A stretch of DNA of 63,592 nt, counting the filler, from Licmophora abbreviata (lineage: Eukaryota), in assembly GCA_900291995.1 (NCBI GenBank). It is 10 parts of 10 records of this genome, joined end to end, with 100 filler letters (N's around TTAATTAATTAA, not from the genome) between each part and the next. Parts side by side here need not be neighbours in the genome. Positions count along the whole stretch, not along the records: positions 8,104 to 12,752 come from OLMU01003069.1; positions 12,853 to 19,458 come from OLMU01003070.1; positions 19,559 to 23,117 come from OLMU01003075.1; 7 more parts are not named here. One strand, 5' to 3'. A program made the translations under genes and the position numbers. The notes beneath the pieces were generated by a model. It worked only from the letters and a program-made list of their open reading frames with translations, was not told the origin of the DNA and did not search any database. Below are positions 11,101 to 21,277 of the stretch, in pieces (positions within the stretch are counted from its first letter, which is position 1; the number at the start of each line of letters is the position of its first letter).

Positions 11101-12535
11101 CTGAGTAACTAAACTTCGTCTGTTTGGATATCTGAAAGATGTTGGACTGCTTCTCCGACACAACCTCGGTTGATAGGGATTTATTCTCTGCACTTTCACA
11201 GTCTTGATTGTCGCTACTATCGTCTGGACTCTCTTTTAGCTTTGGAGCGTAATATCGGTTGTAAACATCATCCAGACGGTACCAGGGCCCCTTGCGATAG
11301 TAAACACGGCAAAACAAATGTATTGCTCGATCGTCAGACTCCTTCTCCGTATCGTCGATTCGAGCGTCAGGCTCTGCCTCCGCATTGCCGACTGCTTTCG
11401 TTTCGGCGCTTTCCGATGAGCCGTCAGCGACCGCCCCCACACCTTCAGATATTGGTGATTTCAATTCATCATTTCGACTCTTCTTTTTCTCCCGGCATAA
11501 AAGGCAAGCACAACAAGCGCGCCGCTTGGGAGGATAACTTTTGATAGGCGGACGATTAAACAGCCGACTCAATATGTAAATGGCACTCATGTCGTCGCCT
11601 CGCTCCCAAGCCAACAATCGTTTCTGCGACGTGCCTCCCACCCTCCATCGTCTGTCATGCAGCAGAGTGTAACAAATCTCGGCCAGATTCTGAACATAGG
11701 CTGAAGATCGATAGGAATAAGAGGTAGGAGGCAGGAGCGAAACATTAGCAATAGGTTCCGAGGGGGCGTTGCCTCTGGCAGTATCAGTGCGAGGATCGTC
11801 ATTAGTCTCGTCGACGGAGTCCGATTCAAACGCGGCAGAGCAGGCGGGGCCTTGCGATTCAGAGTCAATTAATTCGGATTGAGTCGCTGTCTCTTCTCTC
11901 AGAATTGCAGATTGTCTTGCATTCTGCGTTTTTATATAACTCTGTGCACTCGCGCTTGTTGCTTCAGAATTGGTGACTGACGACCGAACGGCGGTATCCG
12001 AGTTGGAAGTAGGTCCCTGTCCCGAACTCGAACCAAACTCGGCATCGCTCCCGAGAAGAGGTTCGTTTTGTCTTGTCCGCTTTGGGGTCGGTGGCATGAT
12101 GGTAAGCAAAACTACCACGTCATCTTCGCTATTAGTTTCGGTGGCACCATCATCACTGTCGTTCCTAATGTCGTTTTCATGATGAAGGGCAAGACGTAGT
12201 GATTCATTCTCACTTGACGATTTGCGTTTCTTTTCAGAAGTCTGCGGGGAACCTGACTGAGATGAGAAATTAGGATGAGCATTCACCCCTATTCGCTGAT
12301 GTCGTCGCCTTGGTGTCAATGCAAAGTCAATGGTATCCAATTCGACAATGTCCGTGGTCTGTGTGGACGCCCACTGTACGAGTCCCTCGTCGGCGTTCAA
12401 AAGATAGGCGGCGTGCTGCGTTTTCCCTTGTCTGACCCACACCAGGGGCGGACTTGATAATGATGATGCGGACTTTGAGGGGGTACCTGCTGGTGGTGGC
12501 GGACTTGCAGAGGGAGACGACGATGATGATGCCAT
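8104..12535 (-). CDS. FAN1: Fanconi-associated nuclease 1-like protein with VRR-NUC domain (3'-partial at spacer)
   Basis: Long ORF with NVEELAMEFY..GWQGWHDEGGHIRALF, FLTPYQGAPHDL and DYRHYSGGLPDLLL (PD of the PD-(D/E)xK site), plus RRTRGKLFERLVID. Likely start MASSSSSP at 12535. Confidence 0.85.
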
Positions 12536-12752
12536 GGTCCAATCGCACGGAAAAATAGGATGGTCGCAAAGTTCTAAATTTACGAATTTACTGACAAACT
12601 GGGACACAGACACACCCGACCACACCCCATCGGGAACTCTAGGCAGAGACTCTGACCTCCAAGCAAGCAAGCAACCCGCGCCGTGGCGGTTTCTGTCGGT
12701 TTCTGTGCAATCTACGTGATCTCAGTACAATCGAACGCGGCCGTTCACGTTA

Positions 12753-12852
12753 NNNNNNNNNNNNNNNNNNNNNNNNNNNNNNNNNNNNNNNNNNNNTTAA
12801 TTAATTAANNNNNNNNNNNNNNNNNNNNNNNNNNNNNNNNNNNNNNNNNNNN
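12753..12852. other. Artificial scaffold spacer
   Basis: N44-TTAATTAATTAA-N44. Confidence 0.97.
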
Positions 12853-13316
12853 GCGCGCGGCGACAATGCAAATTCGCATTGTCTCGTGTTCTCGTTCCTT
12901 CCGTAAGACGATTGCAACGATGCTCCTGCCTAAGCTCACCGCATCCCCATCGATGCACGGAGGCGTACAAGCGATTCCCGGGAAACTCAAACGGAAGTCG
13001 ATTCTAGCGATGATCTCGACGCGTTGACCCACGTCCTTCTCGTGATCGTCGATACTAATCCTGATGAAACTTCATTGCAGTCATCGTCGTCAGTCTGGAA
13101 GAGTCTCAAGCAGACATGCACTAATACCAAGGTGATTGATATCGGAGCGTGACTAACATGGATACACAATCCAAAACAACTCGAGAGGGCGCGCGCAACT
13201 TTCAACATGAACGAACACTCTACCATTTGTGGTGACGAAGTCATGCATATTGGATCCATCCCTTCAGTTTATACGCTGCAAGCAATACGACGGTTGACAT
13301 CGGCGTGCTATCATAT

Positions 13317-14882
13317 CTAGCTTGATCGTGCGGCAGCACCTCCACGAGTCACGTTCCCTTCCCGTATCGCCACATCAGTATGTAAGAACTTAGCTGCTTC
13401 CGCCGATGCCTTCACTTTGACTGCACTACGTTCCAGCATCTCCTCCTCGTACTGCTCAAGAGCATCGCGCACATCACCCTCCTCCACGCGGCGAATCAAG
13501 GTACGGGCAAGTGACAATGCATCCAATAGAGCTTGGTTCGCTCCCTGACCCTTGAACGGACTCATTGGATGTGCCGCGTCGCCTAGCAAAGTGACCCGTT
13601 GCTTGTCCGTGTCAGAAAGAATGTCTCGAGTCAGGATCGATCGGTCGTACACTGGATACCCAGAAATAAGGGACTCCGAAGTACCAGACAAGAGTTCTGG
13701 GACGGGACTGTGCCACGCGCCACACTTGATCAGTGCTTCTCGTTTCAGACTCGACGCGCCCTGTCGGCTCAACTCTTCCGCATCGCCTTCCGGCATGGGA
13801 AAGCTGAGCTGCCACATGTAATGAGACGGCGAGTACGGCATTGCATAGAGCCGTGTAGTTCCGTCTGCGGTCTGAAAGACAGTTTCGCCGTCAAGTAGGG
13901 CCGAATCCGACGGAATATCAGCCCTTGGGCAGATGCCCAACGCGACAATGCAACCTAGATAGCGCAACGGAGTCGTTTCTTCGCCCACTAGAATCCGCCT
14001 CACCGTACTTCGAATACCGTCGGCTCCGACAAGAACTTCGGCGCGTCTTTTGAGCTCCTTCGATCCTTGCCGCAACGTTAGCTCTACCCCATTGTCATCT
14101 TCTTCGTAGTCCAGCAGCTGACAATCCCATTCCAACTCATCGTCTCCGCCCAAAGCGTCCAGCAGCTCCCGGCGAAGCGATTGCCTTGCAATATGAATGT
14201 TTTGCCGTTTGTTTTTACTATCCGAGTTTCCATTTGTCTTTTGCGACGCTCCCCATTTTCGTAGTCCCCATTCGCCCACCACAGTTCCGTCCGGAGTGTG
14301 CACGACATGTTTCGTGGAGGTAATACCTTCGCCCGCCAGGTCCACCGAGATTCCAAAGGAACGGAGCGCTTTGGAGGCTTGTTGCATTGTCAGACCGTAG
14401 CCTTGACGGCGTTGGGAGAATGAATGATCTCGCTCGTACACTGTGAAAGGAATGGAGCGATGACGACAGGCAATTGCGAGCGCCAGTCCGCCTAGCCCCC
14501 CTCCGACAATTGCCACGTGAGGCAAGTTCAGTGTCTTCGTCTTTGCACCGTTTGCTGACTCTACTGCGTCCCTCGAAACAAGGCCGCTCAACTGACAGCG
14601 CGAGCACGATTCAATACGATAGGGTGCAGGCGATTCTTCTTGGCCTTCCGTACGAGCTCGCTTGTGTCGAAGACGGGCCTTCTGGGAGGGAGGCCTCCGC
14701 AGCTTTCCTTCTCCTCGGCACTTGGGACAGGCAGTCAGAGATAGACTGGCATGCCGAGTCGCCATTTTCAGAAGAAGTCTGTTTGGAACGAAAGACCGTC
14801 GAATAGCAAACGACTGAGAATTCCTAGTCAAAAGCAGCGACACGATTCCGATCATTCCAGGAAACCAGGCTCTCTTGCTCAT
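13317..14882 (-). CDS. FAD-dependent monooxygenase (group A, salicylate hydroxylase/zeaxanthin epoxidase-like) with probable plastid presequence and N-terminal CxxCxGxG-type motifs
   Basis: GGGLGG, GADGIRSTVR, GDAAHPMSPFKGQGANQALLDA. Signal peptide ending SQS-F followed by an Arg/Ser-rich transit-like stretch; CPKCRGEG and CSRCQLSG. Confidence 0.9.
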   Translation of the reverse strand: MSKRAWFPGMIGIVSLLLTRNSQSFAIRRSFVPNRLLLKMATRHASLSLTACPKCRGEGKLRRPPSQKARLRHKRARTEGQEESPAPYRIESCSRCQLSGLVSRDAVESANGAKTKTLNLPHVAIVGGGLGGLALAIACRHRSIPFTVYERDHSFSQRRQGYGLTMQQASKALRSFGISVDLAGEGITSTKHVVHTPDGTVVGEWGLRKWGASQKTNGNSDSKNKRQNIHIARQSLRRELLDALGGDDELEWDCQLLDYEEDDNGVELTLRQGSKELKRRAEVLVGADGIRSTVRRILVGEETTPLRYLGCIVALGICPRADIPSDSALLDGETVFQTADGTTRLYAMPYSPSHYMWQLSFPMPEGDAEELSRQGASSLKREALIKCGAWHSPVPELLSGTSESLISGYPVYDRSILTRDILSDTDKQRVTLLGDAAHPMSPFKGQGANQALLDALSLARTLIRRVEEGDVRDALEQYEEEMLERSAVKVKASAEAAKFLHTDVAIREGNVTRGGAAARSS

Positions 14883-15265
14883 TTACTTGCTCTCCGCACA
14901 CCCCGTCCGTACTTGTTGGCCGCAGAGCGCTCCCGGTCTTGACCTGCACGTATCAAGGATGACAATTCGGCGTCGTCTGGAAAGTGGATGTACCGAATCG
15001 TTGGTCCGCGAATGTGTAGCAGACTGATGCTCTTGACAGGATCCGCGTCGCCGGTTGTGCGGCGGGGTAATGGCACAACTCTTTCCGCTCCTTCGAGAAC
15101 TAGATTCATGTACTCGTCAGCCGAGGACAGAATTCCTTTGTACAAACGCCCGGTTTTCAGTTCAACCGTCACTTCAAGGCCTTCAAAATACCGCAGCAGG
15201 GAAGATAAGCTCCTTTGTGGACCACGTTGTGCTTTCGCTTTGTTGCTAGACGCCATGGTCGACAT
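14879..15265 (-). CDS. LSM10: Sm-like protein, LSM10-like (U7 snRNP-type subunit)
   Basis: Sm1 SLSSLLRYFEGLEVTVELKTG..GILSSADEYMNLVL and Sm2 LHIRGPTIRYIHFPDD. The SLxxLL helix and RYxHxPDD end resemble LSM10 more than SmD1/SmD3/Lsm2/Lsm4. The Sm fold is secure; the subtype is inferred. Confidence 0.7.
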   Translation of the reverse strand: MSTMASSNKAKAQRGPQRSLSSLLRYFEGLEVTVELKTGRLYKGILSSADEYMNLVLEGAERVVPLPRRTTGDADPVKSISLLHIRGPTIRYIHFPDDAELSSLIRAGQDRERSAANKYGRGVRRASK

Positions 15266-15650
15266 CAGTGTGATATGTGAGATGCGATTATGTCCGGCAC
15301 CGTGCGGCGCCGCGACCGGGACCTCGTCAAGGCGCAGGTCGACCTCGTAAAACTAAGCTCACATTTTGGAGATTAAACTCCGCTTGAAGGAGAGGTGCAA
15401 AGCGATGCATGACTATGTGTATCGGAGCTTGGTTGGGGAAATATTATATGGCGTGGAGTTGTAGGCCCTCCACATAGCGTCTCCAAGATGTGAGAGTCTC
15501 ACCACTGGTTGCACCTCCGTCGAATGCAGACCCGCCTCGATCACTCCGAGTAACACGGGACAAGACAGCAACAACCCACAAACTTGCGTTTGCCCTTCGT
15601 TGTCGTTACGAATGGTAGTTCTATCGATATCCAATCTAAAATTTGTCGCC

Positions 15651-16334
15651 ATGGTGTCCAAGTTGCGCCGAAAGAAGCCTCACCCCATCACCAACATTAC
15701 CGTAGTTTCGACGAGGGCCGTTAAGTCGACCAATAGCAAGATTACACCGAACACGAGCGACGATAGCAACAGGAGCACGGGCAGGAGCAAACCCGCCAAA
15801 CTGGAGAGTCCCATCAAACCCTTTGACGTCAACAGGCTCCCTACGATAGCCCCCGATAAGCGAATCTACAACGACGATGATATCCTAGAAGTGCCATACT
15901 CCTTCAGTTGCTTTCGTCTCTGCGTTCCGGCTACCATTTCCGTCGTGGACACCCTAGATGACAACACCTCCGAGCTCAGTTGTGAGTTGATTCCTGATCG
16001 CGTTCCCACTCCTTGTCCCAAGAATGAACGCAAAACACTTAAGACTCTTGCGAGACGCAAAGTCGTACCTGTTGACCCCTGCGACTGGCCGAGCGACGAG
16101 GAAGAAAGTGTCGTCTCAACGGGAAGTCCGTTTGATGGGAGCCCTCAAACTTTCCAGTCTCGTCTACGACTAGTAGATGACACCATGAGTGGAGCTTGGC
16201 CATGCTCAGCGAGGCGAGAGACGTCCAATGGAAGAGAACATCCAATGAGGGAAATGCTATGCCATACGATTGCCACGCGCGACGACCTGGATACTGAGTT
16301 CTTGGATCTCACCAATGCATCGCCGCGAGACTAG
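15651..16334 (+). CDS. Hypothetical protein (about 227 aa)
   Basis: ORF from gccATGg at 15651, divergent from the LSM gene; no recognisable domain. Confidence 0.5.
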   Translation: MVSKLRRKKPHPITNITVVSTRAVKSTNSKITPNTSDDSNRSTGRSKPAKLESPIKPFDVNRLPTIAPDKRIYNDDDILEVPYSFSCFRLCVPATISVVDTLDDNTSELSCELIPDRVPTPCPKNERKTLKTLARRKVVPVDPCDWPSDEEESVVSTGSPFDGSPQTFQSRLRLVDDTMSGAWPCSARRETSNGREHPMREMLCHTIATRDDLDTEFLDLTNASPRD

Positions 16335-16587
16335 GAGTCGTCCGCGGTTTCATCCTTCAACTAAATTTGCATCAATCTATAACGCAGTTATGTTCACTTG
16401 ATATGCAGTCACTTTCCCAGAACAGCTACTACATACGCGTTACGACGGCATGACTGCAAGTCCCTTGACAATGGTTTGCTTGAACGGATATCATAAGTAT
16501 ACAGGATTGTGTGGCCATGCACGATTCACCGCCTGTAGTAGTTTTTCAGGATCAAACACATTTCAATATACTCTGTGGTTAGCACAT

Positions 16588-18238
16588 TTAAAGTTCCATG
16601 TCGACTCGCAGCTTCGGTTGAAAGCGTAGAAGGGGCGGTCGGACACCACCAAACTGAGCAATAACTTGGGGATCATCAGCGTCGTTGTGGACGCCTACGG
16701 TTACGCTGTTTCCGCCCAATTGATAGCCGGCAAAGCCTTGCAGACTCCCGAATCCGTCGGGACGAATCATCGCCACAACATCCAATCCCATATCTATCGA
16801 ACGCTGGGTCGGTTTCTTCTCCTTGCTCGTGACGCGGGTAACTTCCTTGGTTCGTTTCAGCTGCGCGGCTGGACTATCGGGGAAGGCCACGAGGGCGTCA
16901 TTGAGCATGGCGCTCATTTCCTGTGACGCCTTCGCTTTCGAAAGTCCCAACGACGGAACTTCCAAATCATCCATGACTTGATCAAAACGGTAAGCAGAAT
17001 TTCTCATGGCCGCCGCATTATCGCCCAACGCCGACTCTTCCGAGGAAGCCGATCCCATTTTCCGCAAGAGCTGCGCTTCAAACTTCTGCAGCATGGTCTT
17101 TTCCAAGTTGACTACCTGCGCCGCGAACAGCTCCCGAACAGCCGCTTCCACGAGAGCCTGCAGCTGGACTCGCAGCTCTAACCGATACTGGGCCACCAAC
17201 GGCAATCCAGCCGAGGACAGTGTCTCCGTATCATATCCCTGTACCAACGCTCGATCCATGAGCGCCGTCGCGTCGTTCCCGAAGCCATCCACGATCAATC
17301 CACGTGCAACGCGACTGCGCCATGCCGCTACCTTGGTTCTGATGGCACGCGCCTGTTTGGCATACGCCTGACGACACGTCAAGTAGGCCTGGGCCACGTG
17401 AGGAGGATCCAACGCATGGCCTATCACTCCGGCATCTCGAATTGAAGCTTGCGCGTTCGAAAGGCGCTGCGCCAGTGACGACGATCCGGCATCGGTCGAC
17501 TTGGCGGCGTCTGACGCGAGGAGAAGCGCCTATGAAACACGTTAACAATCTTGTTAGGTACTGAACGATTGAGTGGCTCAAATGATGTGTTGCCAGGCGT
17601 ATCGACATCGAAGGAAACAACGAACTTACCTGCCGAGCGTCGTCCGTTGTCGCCATTGACACAGACACAACTCTACACACATCTTCAAACTTGGGGTCGC
17701 TGCCAAACTCGGCAGCAGTAGCCTGGAAGATCTCCACTATTTCCGATGTCAGCTGCCGCTCTGTTGCAGCATCAACATAGCCCATGACTCCCAGCATAAT
17801 GGTGAGAGGCTGCACGGGGGAGCTGGCCAGACGCGCCCGGATAAGAGCCGTCAAGGTTCTAGCGTGTCGCGAGTTTCGTAAGCCCATTCCTACATCTCCT
17901 TCCGTTATCCCATCAATCACTACTGCATCTGCCGCCAGTGAAGTAGCAGCGAGTGAATTGCGTTCCGATGGCGACAAGGCGTGGTTCAGAGTGGCACCGC
18001 GACAGATCAGGTTGGCGGAAGCACCATCTTCACTATCTTGCAGAGACAAGACACTTTCGGACGATACTCCCAGAGGCGACATGGTCCCAGGACTGGAAAC
18101 GATGGCAACGATACCGTTGGGTGTCGGTACATCCGGAATTTGTCGATGCAGACTCCCTGACGAGTCCATCAAGACCGTATTGGCGGACGCGCCAAGCACC
18201 CACGCCGCAAAAAGCAGCACAGTGTTCTGTCGACCCAT
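16588..18238 (-). CDS. Signal-peptide protein, possibly a degenerate Sey1/RHD3-like helical protein (2 exons)
   Basis: Exon 1 18238-17630; intron 17629-17530 (GTAAGT..TAG); exon 2 17529-16588 in frame. N-terminal LLFAAWVLGASA; C-terminus AMIRPDGFGSLQGFAGYQLG..PLLRFQPKLRVDMEL looks conserved. Family call tentative. Confidence 0.7.
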
Positions 18239-18694
18239 TGCAATGATCCGATCTTCCGTTCAGCGTCTCACACTGCAAAGGCAAGAAGTTTCACTTGAGA
18301 ACTATGTCGATACGGTCCCTCTTGGAAACCCACGTTGAACGTATAGCTTGTCGCGGTCGGATGTCAACTGCATCATGGGGAATCATGATCCGAACACGCG
18401 GAACTCCAACATCAAAAGCTGTGCGGCTGTGGCACGTCTGGTTCTGAGCCAGTCTCGGGACCATGTGATCTTGTCTGTCGTCCGCCATCTCGTTTAGTAG
18501 TCGAGTGAGTCGAAGCTTACTAAGCATGGCGATGAGGAGACGTGGAGTATGTGGACTATCTTAGCTAGAGAGACCTACGACGTACCATTGCAATCTTCTC
18601 AACAAGTGCAGCCTCTGTCGGTGCAGCGATCTCGTGTGTTGATTCGTCTCCCGGTACTATTATCAAGGCATACCAGTATACATATTGTCAGATT

Positions 18695-19458
18695 CTACCC
18701 AGCGCAGAGTGAGGACAGATTCTCCGCAAATCCGCGAATCTCATCCTCACTTTTCGAAATACGGCGATAATACTCCGCCAAGCTATGCGCCCTTCGTTGT
18801 CGGTCCCGACCAGTCTTTAGCACAAACAGTTTTATGGTCGCTTTCCAGTTCGACAGGGTGACTCGAATTTGAGAGCGGGACCGGCTTAGCTTGACATTTC
18901 GTGTATGCTCATCGGGATATAGCTTTATTTCCCATCCCACATGCACGTAGTTGAAACTAGGACTGGGGGAAAACGCTGGAACGGCAGTCACACCGTCATC
19001 TTGGTTCCGAATACGGAGCAGCTTTAGGTTTGCACTCTCTTCTAGCTTCCGAACCGAGCGAAAGAGTCGCATGTCCCCCACAAGAGGCTGTGCGTGTGTG
19101 ATACAATAAACTGGTTTTGGAATATCTTCTCGAGACGCTGCCTCGATTGCGAAAAGACTGGCAAGGCCGCCACCCAGGCTATGGCCGGCGATCCAGAGCG
19201 AGTAACCTGGGTACTGCTCAAGAATCGGAAGGAGAACCTCAAAAATTCCCTCGGGCGTTCCATCCCTATGGTGAAGGTATTCGTAGAAGCCTTTGTGGAC
19301 ATACACTTCATGAGGAATAGACGTATCGTTCTCAAAAGCTTTCAATCTCTTGATTGGGTTCTTGACCGGAGTCCCCTCGAACTTCCTGTTCTGTACCCAG
19401 TCCTGTGGTGTTCGAGAGCCCCGGAAGATCACGGACACGCGTCGTTCGACGCTGGTAC
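18695..19458 (-). CDS. Class 3 lipase (5'-partial at spacer)
   Basis: VIFRGS, VHKGFY, GHSLGG nucleophile elbow, NQDDGVTAVP, YVHVG, AHSLAEY. Confidence 0.92.
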
Positions 19459-19558
19459 NNNNNNNNNNNNNNNNNNNNNNNNNNNNNNNNNNNNNNNNNN
19501 NNTTAATTAATTAANNNNNNNNNNNNNNNNNNNNNNNNNNNNNNNNNNNNNNNNNNNN
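19459..19558. other. Artificial scaffold spacer
   Basis: N44-TTAATTAATTAA-N44. Confidence 0.97.
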
Positions 19559-19702
19559 TTCCTGAAAACTCACGAATTTCTATTTTCCTATTCCAAACAA
19601 ACACCCAGTTTTTTTTGTATTACACGTTCGAACACACTCACGACTTTGTTGAGGCCGCGGCATGTTGATGTGTTGGCGCCGTGCCAAGGACGAGAGAACC
19701 TA

Positions 19703-20356
19703 ATGATGATCATATCAACCATTCTCCATTGGCTCCAGAGACCAGCTCAGGTGGCTCCGAGTGTGTGCACTGGCGTAATTTCACGTTCTCGCCAACAGAC
19801 TTCCGCTACTAGACGACACATAGCCACATCTTCTTCATGGTCGTCGCTTCAGAGCGACGAACGACCATCGTGGTCGGACGAATGGAAGAAGCTAGGACTG
19901 GGAGCACGCCTTGTGGACAACGAAACGCTCACGAATCTATTCTTTGTCGAAATGGGCTTTGGAGTCGATCAGCATGGATCTCAGGACGCCACCAAAGCTG
20001 CCGTCCGTGCTGTCCGTAACGCCATTGAATTCAATTCAATACCAGGAGTGATTGAGGCGATTCCCGGAGGACGACAGGGTATGCTGATTCAGCTTAAGCT
20101 GGGAGTCCCTCCGGACGAGCAGGGTCAGCCCAGGTCTCTCGATGTACTTGAGGTTGCCAAAGTGTTTCCGTACGGAAAATTGTTGCCAATACAGGTGGTT
20201 GTCGGCGGTCTCTCATTCCCAACAGGTCGGGTAGTGGAAGAACTCGGGGACTCCGACGACACGGCCATATGTGTAGCTGCTTCTGTGTCGATTGGCTACA
20301 ACGATGGATCCAGTAAAGATTCTCATGAAACTTACAACACAAAGGACGGTTACTAG
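19703..20356 (+). CDS. Lin0512-family protein with N-terminal targeting-like extension
   Basis: FVEMGFGVDQHGSQDATKAAVRAVRNAIEFNSIPG, KLGVP, FPYG, VVVGGL, AASVSIG match the Lin0512 family pattern; Arg/Ser-rich N-terminus. Confidence 0.85.
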   Translation: MMIISTILHWLQRPAQVAPSVCTGVISRSRQQTSATRRHIATSSSWSSLQSDERPSWSDEWKKLGLGARLVDNETLTNLFFVEMGFGVDQHGSQDATKAAVRAVRNAIEFNSIPGVIEAIPGGRQGMLIQLKLGVPPDEQGQPRSLDVLEVAKVFPYGKLLPIQVVVGGLSFPTGRVVEELGDSDDTAICVAASVSIGYNDGSSKDSHETYNTKDGY

Positions 20357-20552
20357 CTAATACTTAGTTCAAAGTAGCCTGCAAGCTGGGCCTGAGGAAG
20401 CATTCGCCGATGTTGCGACGGCGTCAGGTGTCAAACATTCTACAACCACAGCATCGTAGCAATACATGATAAAATCCCTGCACGTTCGAACTTTGCAAGC
20501 TTCAAAGATTTATTTCGTGCTTCCAGTGGATTATTGTAAAAGTGTCGGTCGG

Positions 20553-20900
20553 TCATGCAGACGACCGTTCCTGGCGCGTTGACTCTAGTTGACGCGTAAG
20601 ATTCTCGATTTCATTGTCTTTTCTCTTGATTTCAGCTGCAGCTGTTCGGTACAATATTCCCATGTTTCGCTTTAGCGTTTCATTTTCTTCATAAAGACGC
20701 TTTACTTGACATTCTAGCGCTTTTACTTGGTTGTCCATGGAGAGAGTCACAGTGCTGGCTGAAGTCGTCGTCGTGCTATCGGACGCAGGCGCAGCGGCGC
20801 ACTTGGCATCTTCCAAGTCACCGTACAATATATCTTCGGATTCTAGCTGAGGAGCTGACATTTGCGATGCAATGCGGGGCGAGATTGCTCCAGATTCCAT
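20553..20900 (-). CDS. Small coiled-coil protein resembling the FLASH/CASP8AP2 N-terminal domain
   Basis: EDILYGDL (LDLY-like) then ENETLKRNMGILYRTAAAEIKRKDNEIENL, closely matching the FLASH N-terminal coiled coil as recalled ([30 protein letters not shown]). Confidence 0.78.
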   Translation of the reverse strand: MESGAISPRIASQMSAPQLESEDILYGDLEDAKCAAAPASDSTTTTSASTVTLSMDNQVKALECQVKRLYEENETLKRNMGILYRTAAAEIKRKDNEIENLTRQLESTRQERSSA

Positions 20901-21277
20901 TTCACAGACGGCACCCCATGATCAACATAGTGCTGCGTCGTCACCGTCATTGTCAGCACACCGTGCGCCGACATGCCATCATGGCGTCAATTGACAATGC
21001 GTCGCGCGCGGGCGTATATCCGCGCTACACCAAACTTTTTCTTTTCCGCTGCTAATACGCTCCTCCAGTATCCCAAGAACACTAGGGAGTGCACGAGCAA
21101 AAAAGATTCGCCAAGGATTCGAGATCGAAGAAAGAGAAGAAGGTGAAGTTGTTGCGATGCTGTTGTGTTTCAATTGTGACTCGTCTCACTCACAGTAGTT
21201 GTCTTATCTTGGTCAGGCTTCGCATCCTGACTGTCGTTCGTTTCTTCCGTGAACAATCGACATCATCCATCACCATA

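Noticed and set aside
8104..12535. The 1500-aa nuclease ORF as a retroelement or phage gene
   Set aside because: No reverse transcriptase, integrase or LTR features; motif order fits cellular FAN1.
12853..13259. Possible gene downstream of the monooxygenase
   Set aside because: Short ORFs in different frames, no recognisable domain, truncated by a spacer.
15638..15650. AATTTGTC near the LSM10-like gene as a U7 snRNA Sm site
   Set aside because: Only a partial match to AAUUUGUCUAG, directly before a start codon, and no convincing 3' hairpin.
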